Source: Pocillopora damicornis
Lineage: Eukaryota
NCBI RefSeq assembly: GCF_003704095.1
Contig: NW_020846357.1
Span: forward strand, 124,101-188,000
Direction: 5' to 3'
DNA: 63,900 nucleotides
This document shows positions 38,901-52,541 of the stretch, one piece after another (positions within the stretch are counted from its first letter, which is position 1; each line of letters starts with the position of its first letter). The notes below the pieces were generated by a model. That model had not been told where the DNA came from and made no database searches. It saw nothing but the letters and a program-made list of their open reading frames with translations. A program made the translations under genes and the position numbers.

Positions 38901-41900
38901 AGCAGCCAGGTGTAGTGGCGAGCGTTGGTTGATGTCCCTGTCATACGAAACATAAAACTAAAATTCATTTTTTCTTCTAAGGTGTATTTCAATCCTTTTT
39001 CAAACATGTTAAATGTTCTGGTCATTCTGATAGTCGCACAAGTCCTTAAGTCCCTTGGCAAGGTTGGGAAGCAGGAGACAGATATGGACCAAAAGAAAAC
39101 ACCTCATCTTACATTTTATGGCAAAACTATATACAACGAGGAAAAAACTTCTTTCTTGGACCCAGTTCCCCACCTTTGTATTGCAGAGTCTGTTACTAGG
39201 ACAGCAGTAGCAGCATGATGTCCTTCCATGCAGGCCAGATGTAAAGCGGTTCTCTTCTGGTTGTTTTCAGCATTGATGAGGCGTTCGTTTCTGTTTTCTA
39301 ACAACTTTCCGGTAATGTCAGAAAATCCATGCCTTAAAAAAATTGGAATAGCTAAAGTACTCACAACGAATTTTCAAGACTTCAATAATTTCTCTTATCA
39401 ATCAACTGCCCAACACAGACATTTGAAAATGATTTACCTTGCAGCCAGGTGCAGTGCTGTATCCAGCGAGTCAGATACGACCTCTGTTACAACCATGTCG
39501 TAGGAAATAAGTAAAGAGACATCCTGCATAGAAACAGAGTTCTATGTTATTTCACGTGATCTACTCATTAACCAAATGTGTTACCGCTGCTCTAGGTTTG
39601 TGTCTGAAAATTTCCTTATCCATGCACGTTTTCCCTAAACTTACATGACAAAATGAATGACTTCATAGCTCAAGAGAGGGCTTAAAAACTGGTGGAAGCG
39701 AATAAAAAAAATATTCCCATCAAGGAAAAACCATTTAATACCTGTAGGCTTCCACTCTGAACTGCATAATGAATTGGAGCAAATCCATGGACATCTTTCT
39801 CTTTTATAAGCTGTTTTGAGATAGGCACCTGTCAAAAGAATAGCTCAGCTTAATTACGTGCCAATACAAGCATATTTCTCTTGAGATATGATTCAGACGA
39901 TGATATTGACCTTCAAGAGAGCCTCCAGTGTCATGTTGTGACCGATGGCGAGGTGTAACACCGACCGAAGATTAAAATCCTTTACAGTGACGTCAGCAGA
40001 AAATTCCAGCAAAACTTTGACAGATTCCAGTCCACCCACAGCCGAAGCCAACAACAAGGGTGTCCTGCATTTAGCATCTCGGGGATTTACTGGAAATTCC
40101 TGAAATTCCATGTATGGAAAAACATTGGACACATTTTTAGTACAGTACTCTCTCTTCTCGTTGGTACCAATCGCAAGAGTTTTAAATACATGGAGACGTT
40201 GAGACGCCACTGAAAGACAGAAATTTATGGACTAATGGAAAAGAGCATGGCGGTTTATGGACAGGACTGAACGACCCACGGACCAACAGACGGACTGACT
40301 CAAGAGACTAACAATTTGCCGACCGAAAAGATAGCAAAGTTCTGAAAAGATACCTTTTCTAGCAGAAACTTTACAACTTTCGCGTGATTATTTCCAGCAG
40401 CCCTAAAAGAGTAATCAGAAACTAATTGTTGTCATTTCACCAAACCACAGAATATGTATTTCATATTAGTAGCATACCTATGCCAGTTTCTCTTATCAGT
40501 TAAAATCTTGCATTCAATAACCTAAGTATTTGAGCTTGTTTTGTGAAGTAATTTCTTAAGTATGGTTATTCTCACGAACCGAGACACTCACAACTTACAA
40601 AGTTTACACAGTGAAAAACTTTTAGAAGTCTTTTCATGGGCAGATACTTATTTACAGCAAGTTTGCCAAATGTCTCTTTGGTTTCCACATATATACCGAC
40701 GAAGTTTAACAAATATTAATCCTCTCTTCTTATATTGAACACTTTGTGATCACCCGGTGAGGAATCGAACACACTCAGCAAATTAAGTGAAGTCCAGCAC
40801 CCTTGCCTCTAACTGTATTTAACTGGGTTTACATTTTTATATTTCAAATAATTTCATTATGGGGAATATTTGCCGAACATAGAAAACTGACCTGTGCAGT
40901 GGAGACATTCCTTGATTGTCTTTGGGAATACAGCCCAAAGCCTCCTTGTCTTGTTCATAAAAACGTTTCACCACATCAAGGTTCCCTAACGCACATGCGC
41001 AATGAAACGGTGTACTGCCATCTTTACTCTGAAATACGTCATTTATAAAATTTAGAGGGGATATGAATTTCATAGTTAGTGTCAGTGCTTAAATTTAACG
41101 TGAAATCACTTATGGAATGCAAATGAACGTCTTATTGAGAAATCACTTACCCTTGTCACGACCATTTTAGCTCCGTATGAAAGACACAAATCTACAGACT
41201 AATAATCAGTTTACTCGTCAGTTCACAAGAATTTTTACACCTCCCAGATAGGATGCTACATGTAGTCCATTGTTGATCACTTATGTACTACTTAAGTAAT
41301 AACTTAGTTCCTAACAACTATCTTATTCGTTTCTAGAGTTGTGGAAATAATGCATACCTGGAAAACCGAGCTTTCTACTGCAAGATGGAGAAGACTGTTT
41401 CCGCTGTCATCCACATCGTAGATAAACGAGTCCATTTTCATGTTACGTTCATCAACTGTATAAGACAAACAAAACTCTCGTGTTATTCTGATTTTAGCTT
41501 CAGTGGCCATTAATTTGATTAAACAGCCTGCTGAGACCGCACCTTAATTATATGCTGACAGATTCACACAGACTACGATCAAACTTCGCAGTGCTATATT
41601 AATTTACCTACAGAGGAATGACGAGTGCTTTTCGTGACGTTTAGGCACCGACTGTAAGAATGGCGCTATTCAGAATAATTACTGAAGAGTTTGGTCTACA
41701 TTTCAAAAGCGCATTTAAAATAATAGGAGAAAGAACGTGGCATGAACAACTGATGTTCTTACTGAGATCAAAGAGGCAAGCAGCAGCATCCTTGGAGCCT
41801 TTCAACACAGCAAGTGTTAGAGCGTTACCATGGTTACAATCCAGCTGGGCTCCATAATCAGCCTGGAAAGATAAAACACACGAGTTATATCTTTATTATT

Positions 41901-43327
41901 ACATTATTATTATCTTCATTGCATGCTCTTAGGAACCTTTTTCAATCAACCAGATGACCTATAATAACTTGATCTGTTGAGAACATTGGTGAGCACTGGC
42001 ATAAGGCAAGTTGTTCATTGGGCCTTTGAATTTCTAAGGTTCTTTAAATTCTCGTCTTGAAATATTTTCCTGTGTTCTTATTGGCTATTGACATAAATTT
42101 TAGTTTGGTCTTAGGTTCGATGCACGCCATAGGTTGGCTCTCCTGGTCATCAGTAACCTCAGCCTAGTCCTAATGTAGGTCAACGGTTAGATGTCATCAT
42201 TGAACTTTTTACTCACAAGTAGTTTGCACAACTTTGCGTGATCTGACTGAGCTGCAAGCTGCAACGGAGAAAGACCACCACTGCCAATTTTATTTACATC
42301 AGCTTGGGAACCGGAATTAAGCAACAACTGAGGAGGAATAAAAAACAACTGTTAGTACATTAATGAAACTGAAAAGCTCTGTGCTGGTTGCACAGCAGAT
42401 ACAAGGATAAAAATTGTCAAACAAAGCATGAATATCTTTTTTCACCATCTTGTTCCCAGGTAAAGAACGTTTGAAGCTCTTGACTGGGTAATTAAATAGA
42501 TAAAATGTAAGTGACTCTCATAGCTGCGAAAGGACCTTAGGCAAACCTTCACTATGTCTTCGTTGCCAGTTTGTATGGCGGAGTGCAGTGTTGTGTTCCC
42601 CATGTTGTCTTCTCTTTTAGCTTCAGCTCCCATCTGGATCAGCAGCTCTACGACAGCGAGGCTACCAGCCAGTACCCCGCACATCAGGGGAGTGTTACCA
42701 AGATGATCTGGCTTATGGATATCTGAGGAGTTAATAAATCGGATAAGCAAATGCTTCACTTATTCACCACCACCTACATAGTACAACAGTCAAGCTGAAA
42801 TCTTACCAACGCCATTGTTGATCAATCGCTGGACTTCTCTGAGATCTCCAGCGAGAGCTGCTAAGTGTATTGACTTGCCGACTGTAAAATTTCGGTGCTG
42901 AAATAAGATCAAAGTTTCTCAAATGAGGCCTCAAGGGTATTCCATGGAGTTTAGTATGTAAAAAAAAAACTTGCAAATCTTCGGTTTTTGGAAACAAAAA
43001 GAGCGGTGGATGCTCGTGATTTAATCTTATGTTTTTCCGTCATGTCAACATTTCTTTAGGCTTCTTAGGTGTAGATAGGAACTGCATTACTACTGCATTA
43101 TCGTGTCTACAAGCTAAGGAAAGAGAATTCTTTTTTAAAGTAAAGAAGATTCGTAAACTTACGATCCTACGATAGGTGTCTCCTACACTGGATGGTCGGT
43201 GGGTTATAGTTTTTGAGACAGGCAGGCGTGCTGCGTCCAGATTCAGGCTTTCCGACATTGAGAAGGTGCTCCCAAAGAATTCGTGATCTAACTCCAATGA
43301 TCCTTCTTCTGACGACATAAACGTCAT
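31852..43327 (-). CDS. TRPA1: TRPA1-like ankyrin-repeat cation channel, more than 20 exons (start codon uncertain)
   Basis: Many ankyrin-repeat exons (GNTPLMCG, GNSLLHLA, RTPLLLAS, RTALHLAC, NTAIHLAA). These are followed by TM segments (YFWDASSYMDW, FLGWLNLVLYLR), pore MTLGELNF, MPIILMNMLIGLAVGDIDNIQKNA and a coiled-coil tail ending NWFGLR-TGA at 31854-31852. Confidence 0.9.
35665..36292. repeat. (ACTG)n degenerate microsatellite in a TRPA1 intron
   Basis: ~630 bp of actg/attg/gctg units, with an internal ~110-bp higher-order duplication. Confidence 0.95.
38330..38535. repeat. Degenerate pentanucleotide (TGACA/TGATA-like) repeat
   Basis: Recurrent tgaca/tgata/tgacg units in an intron. Confidence 0.6.
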
Positions 43328-43493
43328 ACGCCATCTTGGAAATGATGGGCTCTCTAACCCACTTTCATGCCTTTGAACATCTGAATTCCTCGTCAATTCA
43401 TATTTCTGTTTTGCCTCTTTGGGTTTATCTTCAAATTAAGAGGGAAATTATGAATAGCTAATTTGATGGCTTTTAAATGGTTTGAACCCGGGG

Positions 43494-43607
43494 GTTGTTT
43501 CGACAACCTGAGCGGAAGTCAGGTTGTCGAAAACGTCAGTCACCACTACCGACAACAATCCTTCTCAGGACTACACTCACCCGGACGATCAAACTACACT
43601 ATTACAT
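43494..43607. mobile_element. Penelope-type pseudo-LTR remnant with inverted junction
   Basis: Perfect 14-bp stem tttcgacaacctga-gcggaag-tcaggttgtcgaaa followed by cgtcagtcaccactaccgacaac...ctcaggactacactcacccggacgatc. This resembles, from recall, the hammerhead-bearing Penelope repeats of cnidarians. Confidence 0.6.
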
Positions 43608-46312
43608 AGATGGCATATGTTCTATTGTTAACAGCTCCTGGTTTACGTGTAGTTAAATGAGATAGAACGCTCCAGAAGTTTATAGAATGCAAGCCAATTT
43701 ATCTAGGAGATGTATTAGCATATGAAGTAGCACATTTTGCTGCTAATCAACTGTATTTTAACCTCACGAACTAAAAAAGAGCGGTTCGGCGGTCAAATTA
43801 AAGGAAAATTAACGTCATGTTTTAATCAGCTTAAAATGAGTTTAATCAGCTTAAAATGAGTTTGATCAGCTTGCATGAATGGTGAGCCTGTGTACAAAGA
43901 CTAAAAACAAAACGATTTGTTATTTCGATCGGCTCATACAATCTTTCATTAAAAAAGAGAACATTTTATCGTAAAGCAGAACACCAGAAACTAGAATTTG
44001 ATCATTTGAATTTTGGTAAGGTTTCACTGAATACTTAGGCAATATTCTATTTATCAAGTCTTGTGTTTGATGGTACTTTTGAAACCGATGGCTCTCGTTT
44101 TTGATTTTGTAAACATCAACTCATCTTCACCTGTTTTGAGAAACATGACTAAGAGGATAATATGCCTTTACCTATCTTTATTGAAAAATAAAATGAAATG
44201 AAACTCTCTCGATATTGAACCTTAAAACTGTATGTGAAAATGAAAGATTTATTAAAATGGTAAGTAACGATGAGATTTTAAGAGTTCAACTCAATTTTTT
44301 CAACGTGAAATCTCTATATCTACAGTTATTCTGTTTGTATGTTATGGGTTTTGTGACTAACGAATAACAATTTTCCATTTACAAGGAGCATAAAGAGAAA
44401 TAAAAAGAGTCATTTCTATTAACATTCAGGCTCATTAGAGGCATTATCCCTCCGTCTTTGGTTAACACATTAAAACGGAACTAATTCACTTGCTAAAAGG
44501 GGAATCACTCGCCAGCTTATCGCTCGCTCATGAAATCATATTTTTCATCGGTGTTTATTTTTTTTCCACAACTGGACATGAATCCACAGAAGCCAATTTA
44601 TACATTTATGAAAATATATACTGAAGTGTAAATTTCTATTTCCCGATTAATTTCGATAAAAATGTTGTGAGGAGGTAGGCCTCCCACTGGCTTTTGTTCC
44701 TTTCATTTTTCATTTAGTATCCCGACTTAAGGGTATCCTGCAAACCATTGATGAATTTACGTTGTCAAAAGATTGTCATTATTTCCGTACCTTAGGTAAT
44801 CCCACAGAGAAAAAGTTGTGAAAAATTGTGTCTAAAGCATTCAGGCTTACAGCTAAGCATTAACAGTTAAAACTTGGTGAGGTTAACAAGAGATATTTTG
44901 GTTTCTGGTGTGAATAAGCAATAATTAAAAAAAACCTTTTTATGCAACAAACCTTTTGATAAGAGGCCCCGCAATGCCTCAAAGCTGAAGCTCATCCTCT
45001 GTCAGTTGCTGCTAAATGGAACAACGGAAGTCATACGAGTGATCTAGTCAGGCCTGAGCCATATGTTTTAAATAGATAGAATTTCTAGCTGTCATTTTGA
45101 CGTATTCCCCTAATTTGATTATCAACGAACGAATCCCTCACGAGGCTGTTAGACATGTTGGCGATTTTAGAAAGCTTTAAGGTAAATTTATTTTTTACAT
45201 CTATCAGAGAAGTTGTGTCGTTTATATTCGCGCATAATTTCTATGTGATATGAAATTACGTCTCTGCATGTTTAACACAAATGTTTTAAAATAAAAAAAT
45301 AGTGCTCATATGTTCACATAAATGCTTTCTGTCTGTGCATGTAGGCACCTTCCAAAACTAACATTAGGAACGGGGCTGGAAATAAACTTGAAATAAATAT
45401 ACAGCTACAATTCTGTATTTTCACGAGCGGCTGGCAAAGTGAGCCATGATGTATCACCTCCTCTTAAAGCTGTAAACCAACCTTACCAGAGGACGGCTAA
45501 TAATTCCTTCAGAAATGACTTAGTTTCAATAATGTGTGCATTAGCGAAAAAGTAACAAGAGTTACATAGATAATTAATTGTTACTTTTCATTATTAGAGC
45601 CAGAAATTTTTGTTAAACACACAGATGTTCTGGTTGTTATTGAAGTTTCGTGAGCATCGCCATTTTAATTGGCTCAGTAAATGATAAATGAGCTCTGTTT
45701 ACCCCAGTTTTCAAGTTTTCGTAAACTTTTGCTGATTCTAGGCAGCGGGAAATCTTCAGACGAAGAAGGAAGCCATGTAAATGGAAGGCTTGTAAATTTA
45801 ACCTAAATGGAATTGGTTTCTCGTTAAAACAAAAACAACGATATCAGTGCTTGTCTGATGTGGCTGTATTAACGCAATGATTGTTTGGTAAGAATGGCAA
45901 ATAAGTTCAAGCCACACATGGGGACGATGTTGGCGAAGCAAGATAATCTCTTCCGAGAAACGCTGAAAAAATGAGCTGGCATCACACCAGTCATAAACAG
46001 CTGTTTACTTCTAAAGAGCCTGCGGGAGGAATGAGTCCTGGTCAGCTAGTGCCAGTCTATCTCAAACTTCCCTTCCGAGTAGCTAGGGTAGGATGATGCA
46101 AGTTCGTTGTCGCAGGAAATAAGAATAATTCTAACCAATGTTATTTTGATACGTCTCCTTCGGTATATGTAGATATCCGGCGTATATTTCGGTCTTGTCA
46201 TTTACCGTCTCAACAACCAATGGTCTCACGTTCGAAAACGAAGTAAATAGGTGTTTTGCTGAAAACTGATTTGGAAGCATTTTTGGCGTTGTAACGTACT
46301 TCCATAAGAGGG

Positions 46313-49300
46313 ATGGAAGCCTTTAAGAATTGTACAATATTATGGATATTTATTGTGCTGGTCGGTAGTGTCTTAATTAGTGGAGGTAAGAAACGTGAAC
46401 AATGATTTCTTTGTTGCCTTTAAGAGTAGCTCATGAGCTTGCAGATCTTGCGGATCACGTTTTAAATTGCAATGGTAGACGAGAAAATATAATTGTGAGA
46501 AAAAATTAGATATGGTAATTTGCACCTGCCACAAGGCGCCTTGTTCCTTCTTGCAAGTTGTTGGCCCAGTCTCAGTATATTATTATTTTGAACAATGTCT
46601 TTGTCGGGCTTAGTAAAGAAAAAAAAGTAAAAAAATTTACTTCTTGATTTCAGAATTCAAATTCAGCAGAAAATTTCTCTGTCGCCACATTGGTGGTTTC
46701 ACCAAAATTATTAATTCAAGTGCGGTTATTATGGGTTCTTCTGTAGCCAAAATCTGAATGCTGATTCCTATTTATTTCGTAGAGGGAGCAGTACTCTGAA
46801 TTTGCACACTAATCTTAAAGAAAATCAGTTGACTTGGGTATTGAATGACATTGTGTGTTTTACAGCCTTAGGTTGGGGCATTAAAGACAAGATAAGATTA
46901 ACAGATGTCAGTGTCATTACATTACATCCTGGAAAAATGACAAATTCCCGTCGTACCCACCCTGTTCCCCAGTTAAAGTGTGTTGGTGGCTCAGCAGGTT
47001 GTTCAGCTTTTACTCCAAGTGTTGTTCAGTGTTACAACCGAGGGTCTGATGGCTATGATGTTCAGGTAAATTGCGATAGGAATTTAATTTGCAGTCATAA
47101 AGATTATCTTAAAGAAAAATTTTCCTTATATCATATAAGTTTTGTAAACTGTGATACATTTTTGCAGTGGGAATGCAAGACAGACATGGACAGTCAGTAT
47201 AAGTTTGGTGAAATTACAGTCAGCTGTGAAGGTTATGATTATCCTGATGACCCATACATTCTAAAAGGTTCCTGTGGGGTAAGTACCCTAGTGCTGTATT
47301 GTTTTGACAAAGGGCTAACACTTTAAGAGACATTTAAAACTCTTTACAGTGACCAATTAATATTTTATGAACTCAGATGATTAACCAAACTATGTTGTGC
47401 ATGTGAGGGTATCAGTTACACAAGCCTATTGGCTTCTTTGGACTATCTTGCCATATAATTGTTTTCTTATCATTATACACCTGTAAGTTTGGTGCAAGTT
47501 TAAAAAAATATTATCAGTGCTAAGTTATTTTATATAAAACTCTCAATACCAAGTGAAGATCCAATATAAATGGAGACAGAGTGAGAAGGATGTCAATTTT
47601 TGTGAACTCATTCCTCAAGTAGTAAAGATGTTGAACATTGATCACAGACATAGGACTTAGGAATTAATTTATTTCATTGTGAAGGTTCAAAACTCAGATT
47701 TTCCAATTTGAAAGTTTGATTCCTTGCTTACTTAGTAAGGGAGATTTTGCAAGGTTCCTATGCGAAAATTGTCTGTCTTAGTGTTAGGATCAGCTATGGC
47801 AGAAGCTTCCTGTGTAGAACAAGAGTAGGAAAGGGGCTAAATTTCCTAGCTTGATTGCTTGAGTCTAAAAAACATATTAGTTGCTTATATTTTATTTATA
47901 CCATTTTCATGACAAATTTATGACATCTTTCTCTTTTGACAACCAGGCTAAAACTCTGTTATATGAGGGTTTAAAAAAAAAAAGGCAGACCAGGATGGCA
48001 TTATGCAAAACTGCACTGCAAAACCGTTACGTTACAGAATTCACTTCAAACATTTAGCCAATGTTGTAGCTTAAATGATTTTTGGTTTATATTTCCTATT
48101 TCCTCTTACTTTTGCTTGTATTCATATGAAACTATTACTAAAGGTATTAATTTATTTTACAGTTGGAATACACAATTGACATGGTCAGTAGTGGAAGTTA
48201 TTATCACAATAATTATCATTCTGGACACAAGGACAATACTTACCACAACTACAACAGTCACAGTTACCGCTCCAGGTACATTGTTAAAATCTAGTGGAGT
48301 CATTAAAATGCTGACCATAAGGTTAGGGCCTGTTTGATAGTATGAAATAAGTACATGTATATAGACTTTTTAGTTTTGGTCCAGCAAAGAAAAAAAACTC
48401 ATCCAGGCTTTTTGACAGTTTGTATTATTTTACAAGACACTAAAGTGCTATTCATTTCTTTCTTTTTGGTATTGTACTTTTAATTAAATACAGAACCGTT
48501 GTGTTTGTGTTGATTATTTTAAGTACTCAAGTACTGGTGTGTTGTCTGTAAACAACATATGCAACACTAGTTGTTCTTCTATCATGTGGTAAGCTGTAAA
48601 CAAATTTAAGTAGCATTGTTTTGCTTTCATGCAGTTATCTGTTTAAAAAAAATGAAAAAAAAGCCACTTGAAAACTATGGACAAATCAATAGAAATCACA
48701 AGTTGGAAAAAATAGCTTCTGCAATCGACCAACACAAAACAACGGTGGATGTTTTCCTAGATCTTTCCAAAGCATTTGACACTCTTGACCATCAAATCTT
48801 CTTTGCCAAATAGGAGCACTCTAGTATCAGTGACATGGCTCTGCAGTGGTTCAAAAGCTACTTTTCTTGCTGCTCACAATTTGTCCAATTCAATCAAGCT
48901 TGCTCTCCAATGCAAACCATCAAGTGTGGTGTCCCTCAAGGTTCAATTTTAGCCCCTCTACTGTTCATTCTATACATGAATGACCTCCCTAATGTGTCTA
49001 AATTAACAGACCCTCTGCTTTTCGCTGATGACACCAGTATCTTTTATTGTCACTCAAACCCAAATTGTCTAGAATCCATACTTAATCATGATGAGCTCCA
49101 AAATATTGATGTTTGGCTAGGCTCTCAGTTAATATAAAGAAAACTAGTATGTAATTTTTAAACCCAGACAGAAGAAATTTAACTCCAGCTTTTCTCTCTC
49201 CTTTGGAGGTAAACCCTTACAACAATCTAACACAACTAAATTCCTAAGGGTCTATATTGATGATCATCTCACCTGGAAGCACCATATCAGCTACTATGTA

Positions 49301-52300
49301 AACAAATTGCTAAATCAATAGGTATTATATTCAGGTCTCACTTTTTCCTATCCTCTACCACCAAACTCACTTTCTACTACACCTTAATTTATCCCTATAT
49401 CGTCTATTGTGACTGATCCTTATATCGTCTATTGTAACTGCGCCTGGTCGTCCACATATGTATCTAACTTTAAATAGAATTTATTTCTTGCAAAAGTGAG
49501 CTGTTCTCCAAACTAGGAGTTTTAGATATTTTCCAAGTCAATACATTTGAAATCGCCAAATTCATGTTTTATTGTAGAAATAACTTATTGCCTCCATTGC
49601 TTCTCAATCTTTTTGCAACAAAAAGCCAAATTCACTTTCACAATTATGGTACCAGAACAGCCAGTAATTATCGAACGCATTTGTGCCGTACAAATCTCAA
49701 GCAATTTACAATTCTCTATCAAGGTCCTAAAATTTGGAACTCTCTTCCTGTTTCAATCACTCATTCATCAAACCTTCTTAGTTTTAAGACGAAAATGCAG
49801 AGTTTGTACTTAAATAATCACTGAATTGGCCTTAAGCCGCACATTCACAGCACTTTTTCTTTACTTTATTTATTAATGTAAGTGAGGTGGCTCTCCCATA
49901 AGCCTGGTGGCTTCCTGGGTCTCCTCGCCTTCTAGCTATAACCGCTGTAAATAAATTTTTTGTATTTTGTAAATAAGGCAAATAAAGATGATGATGATGA
50001 TGAGGATGAATTTTCTTTCTAGGCATTCTGGAGGTTGGCTAAGTACAATTATCACCTGGGGAGTCATTGCCTGGATTGTATATTACATCTACCAGCGTTT
50101 TACATACAACCAATCACAGCAGTATCCTACATTTATTACTTGTAATGTGTTATGTGTAATTGGCCACATGCTGAGATCTGTACTATAACACCCAACATTT
50201 TCACATTCCAGTGGTCCTTCAATTACCCAAAGTTTTCACTATCTAATAATCACACAAGTTTCCTCTCTCAGTCTTTTATTTAATATGATGAAGTGATGGT
50301 ATTGTACAGTTTCCTGCTTAAGAACTAAATAGAATATTCTTTAGGACATTTTTAGTACTATCTATTTTCATAAAGTTCTCCTTAACAAGAAATATTTTAG
50401 GAATAATTCAACTGGTGGTCATAATCAATTTTCCAGTCCCCCACCTCCTGGATTTCGGCCTGAGTATACACCAGGTAAGAATTTATGCATTTCCCCCCCC
50501 CTCAAAAAAAAAAAGAAAAAAAAAAAGGTAATTGAATGATAACAATAACAAAAATAAAATAAAAAAGAAGAAGAAGAAAGTAAGGAAAAGAAGACTTGTC
50601 AAAGTGGACTTTACCTTTTTAAGTAATAATGGACAAAGTTAGNNNNNNNNNNNNNNNNNNNNNNNNNNNNNNNNNNNNNNNNNNNNNNNNNNNNNNNNNN
50701 NNNNNNNNNNNNNNNNNNNNNNNNNNNNNNNNNNNNNNNNNNNNNNNNNNNNNNNNNNNNNNNNNNNNNNNNNNNNNNNNNNNNNNNNNNNNNNNNNNNN
50801 NNNNNNNNNNNNNNNNNNNNNNNNNNNNNNNNNNNNNNNNNNNNNNNNNNNNNNNNNNNNNNNNNNNNNNNNNNNNNNNNNNNNNNNNNNNNNNNNNNNN
50901 NNNNNNNNNNNNNNNNNNNNNNNNNNNNNNNNNNNNNNNNNNNNNNNNNNNNNNNNNNNNNNNNNNNNNNNNNNNNNNNNNNNNNNNNNNNNNNNNNNNN
51001 NNNNNNNNNNNNNNNNNNNNNNNNNNNNNNNNNGAAATGGTGAAGAAAGTGATTTATGAACCAGCTATTCTTGAGTTTCAAAATTTTGTTCAAATCAACA
51101 AGAACTGAGACTTTTTCTCGTCTGTGGATCAGGATACATGTATCGCTCCTATTGTTGTTATTAGGTGTTCAAGTTGATTGAGAAGATAAATCATAACATT
51201 TTTCCTTATTTGCTGATGCAATGTAGGTGCCGCCACTGGGGGACTTTTGGGATATCTGTTTGGAGGCTCAGGGTAAGAGCTTAAAAAACGCTTAAATGAT
51301 AAAGAGAGTAATAAGCATGTGCATCTTTTAAACGTAGATAACAACCAGAAAGAGAGTTTTTATAACCTTGGGGGCTTGCGACAAACCTTTTGACCGTTGA
51401 AATGCGATAAAAGATGCCTTTCAGTTGATTGACTTACGTGGAAAGCGCACCAGAAGTAATTGTATTTTCCTTCCAATTGCTAGTTTTCTTGCAAAAACGG
51501 CTTTGATGAAGTTCGCTTATGGTAACGCAACTGAGATCGGTAACGACAGCGTACTGTATATCTAACCAAAATACCAACCATAAGAATAACGATAACGATA
51601 ACGGTAAAAGTAACAATAACGATAACAGTGACGTCAACGATAAGACAACGATAACGATAACAGTAATGAAAACAGAAACAGTGTTGATAACGGTTGTGAT
51701 TGGTTGACAACCAAATGATAACGGTGATGATAGAAATCACCATCTAGAAAAGTATTGTTGTTCGCGGTCATATTAACGTTATGAGTGACGATGATATAGA
51801 CAACTTTTTTTATCGTTACTGTACAAACCGTCACAATCTTTTCTATGGTCACCATAATTACTGGTGTAATGTGCCATCCTAATTTTTTTTTCTCATAAAC
51901 AGCCGTCGCAATACTTACTATGATCACTATGATTACTATGGTCCGAGATACCATCAGCGAGGACCTGGGTACGGTTTTGGTGGAGGATCAGGCTGGTTTG
52001 GGTCCAACAACAGCTGGTCTTCAGGACGCTCCTCAGGTTGGACCTCAGGCAACAATTACAGAGGAAGTTCCTCTCCAAGCTCTCGGACCTCCTCAGGTGA
52101 GCGTGAGCTGAACTAAACTCCTGCTGTGTTTCAGACTATTTATTTTGACTTGCAACTTGCCGCGAAACAGACAATGTAAAGAGTTTCTGTGAATTGTGGT
52201 GGCAAACATTTTTTGATGCATTGAGTACTGAGTCGTAATCATAAATATAAATTTTCTTTTGGATTCGTCATCGTAACGTGACAGTAAGTCCTGTTCTGTT

Positions 52301-52541
52301 GTACTGAATGTACCACAGAATTCCATTTGTTAAGATTTTCAGCTCTGTTCTCTGGGAGAAATCCTCTGTAGGGATTAAAAGATATTATTGGTCAGTGAGC
52401 CACCCATAAGAGGTGGACCGAACACTTTTTGGTGTGTCACACTGACAATACCACGACGTAGAATAAATATTGTGTGAAAAATACCGTAATTTATTGGGGT
52501 CAATTTCTTTTGCAGGATTCGGTAGAACCAAACGTCGCTAA
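46313..52541 (+). CDS. SARAF: Store-operated calcium entry-associated regulatory factor; exons ~46313-46385, 46867-47065, 47168-47278, 48163-48275, 50023-50121, 50401-50474, [gap], 51227-51272, 51903-52097, 52516-52541
   Basis: Signal peptide, then MTNSRRTHPVPQLKCVGGSAGC, VVQCYNRGSDGYDVQWECKTDMD and CEGYDYPDDPYILKGSCGLEY. A TM segment, PPPPGFRPEYT, ATGGLLGYLFG and C-terminal GFGRTKRR follow. Confidence 0.95.
48700..50008 (+). mobile_element. 5'-truncated, degenerate non-LTR retrotransposon (CR1/L2-like RT) in SARAF intron 4
   Basis: Motifs VFLDLSKAFDTLDH, GVPQGSILAPLLFILYMNDL, LFADDT, KFLRVYIDDHLTWKHH and GPKIWNSLP, with stops and frameshifts. It ends in AATAAA plus a (GAT)n tail. Confidence 0.9.
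50122..50400 (+). other. U12-type (minor spliceosome) GT-AG intron in SARAF
   Basis: Donor GTATCCTAC, branch site TCCTTAAC at 50379-50386, and AG at 50399-50400 with no polypyrimidine tract. Splicing restores the frame QSQQNNSTGG...PPPPGF. Confidence 0.85.
51585..51795. repeat. Degenerate (ACGATA)n-like low-complexity repeat in a SARAF intron
   Basis: Tandem aacgat/aacagt/aacggt units. Confidence 0.8.

Noticed and set aside
40211-40353. TRPA1 intron with donor GTATCTTTT resembling U12 type
   Set aside because: The donor deviates from GTATCCT, the branch site match is poor and a normal pyrimidine tract is present.
43821-43872. 20-bp tandem repeat tttaatcagcttaaaatgag (~2.5 copies)
   Set aside because: A simple local slippage duplication with no functional cue.
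51434-51954. Several hydrophobic or low-complexity ORFs
   Set aside because: They are translations of the (ACGATA)n-like intronic repeat.
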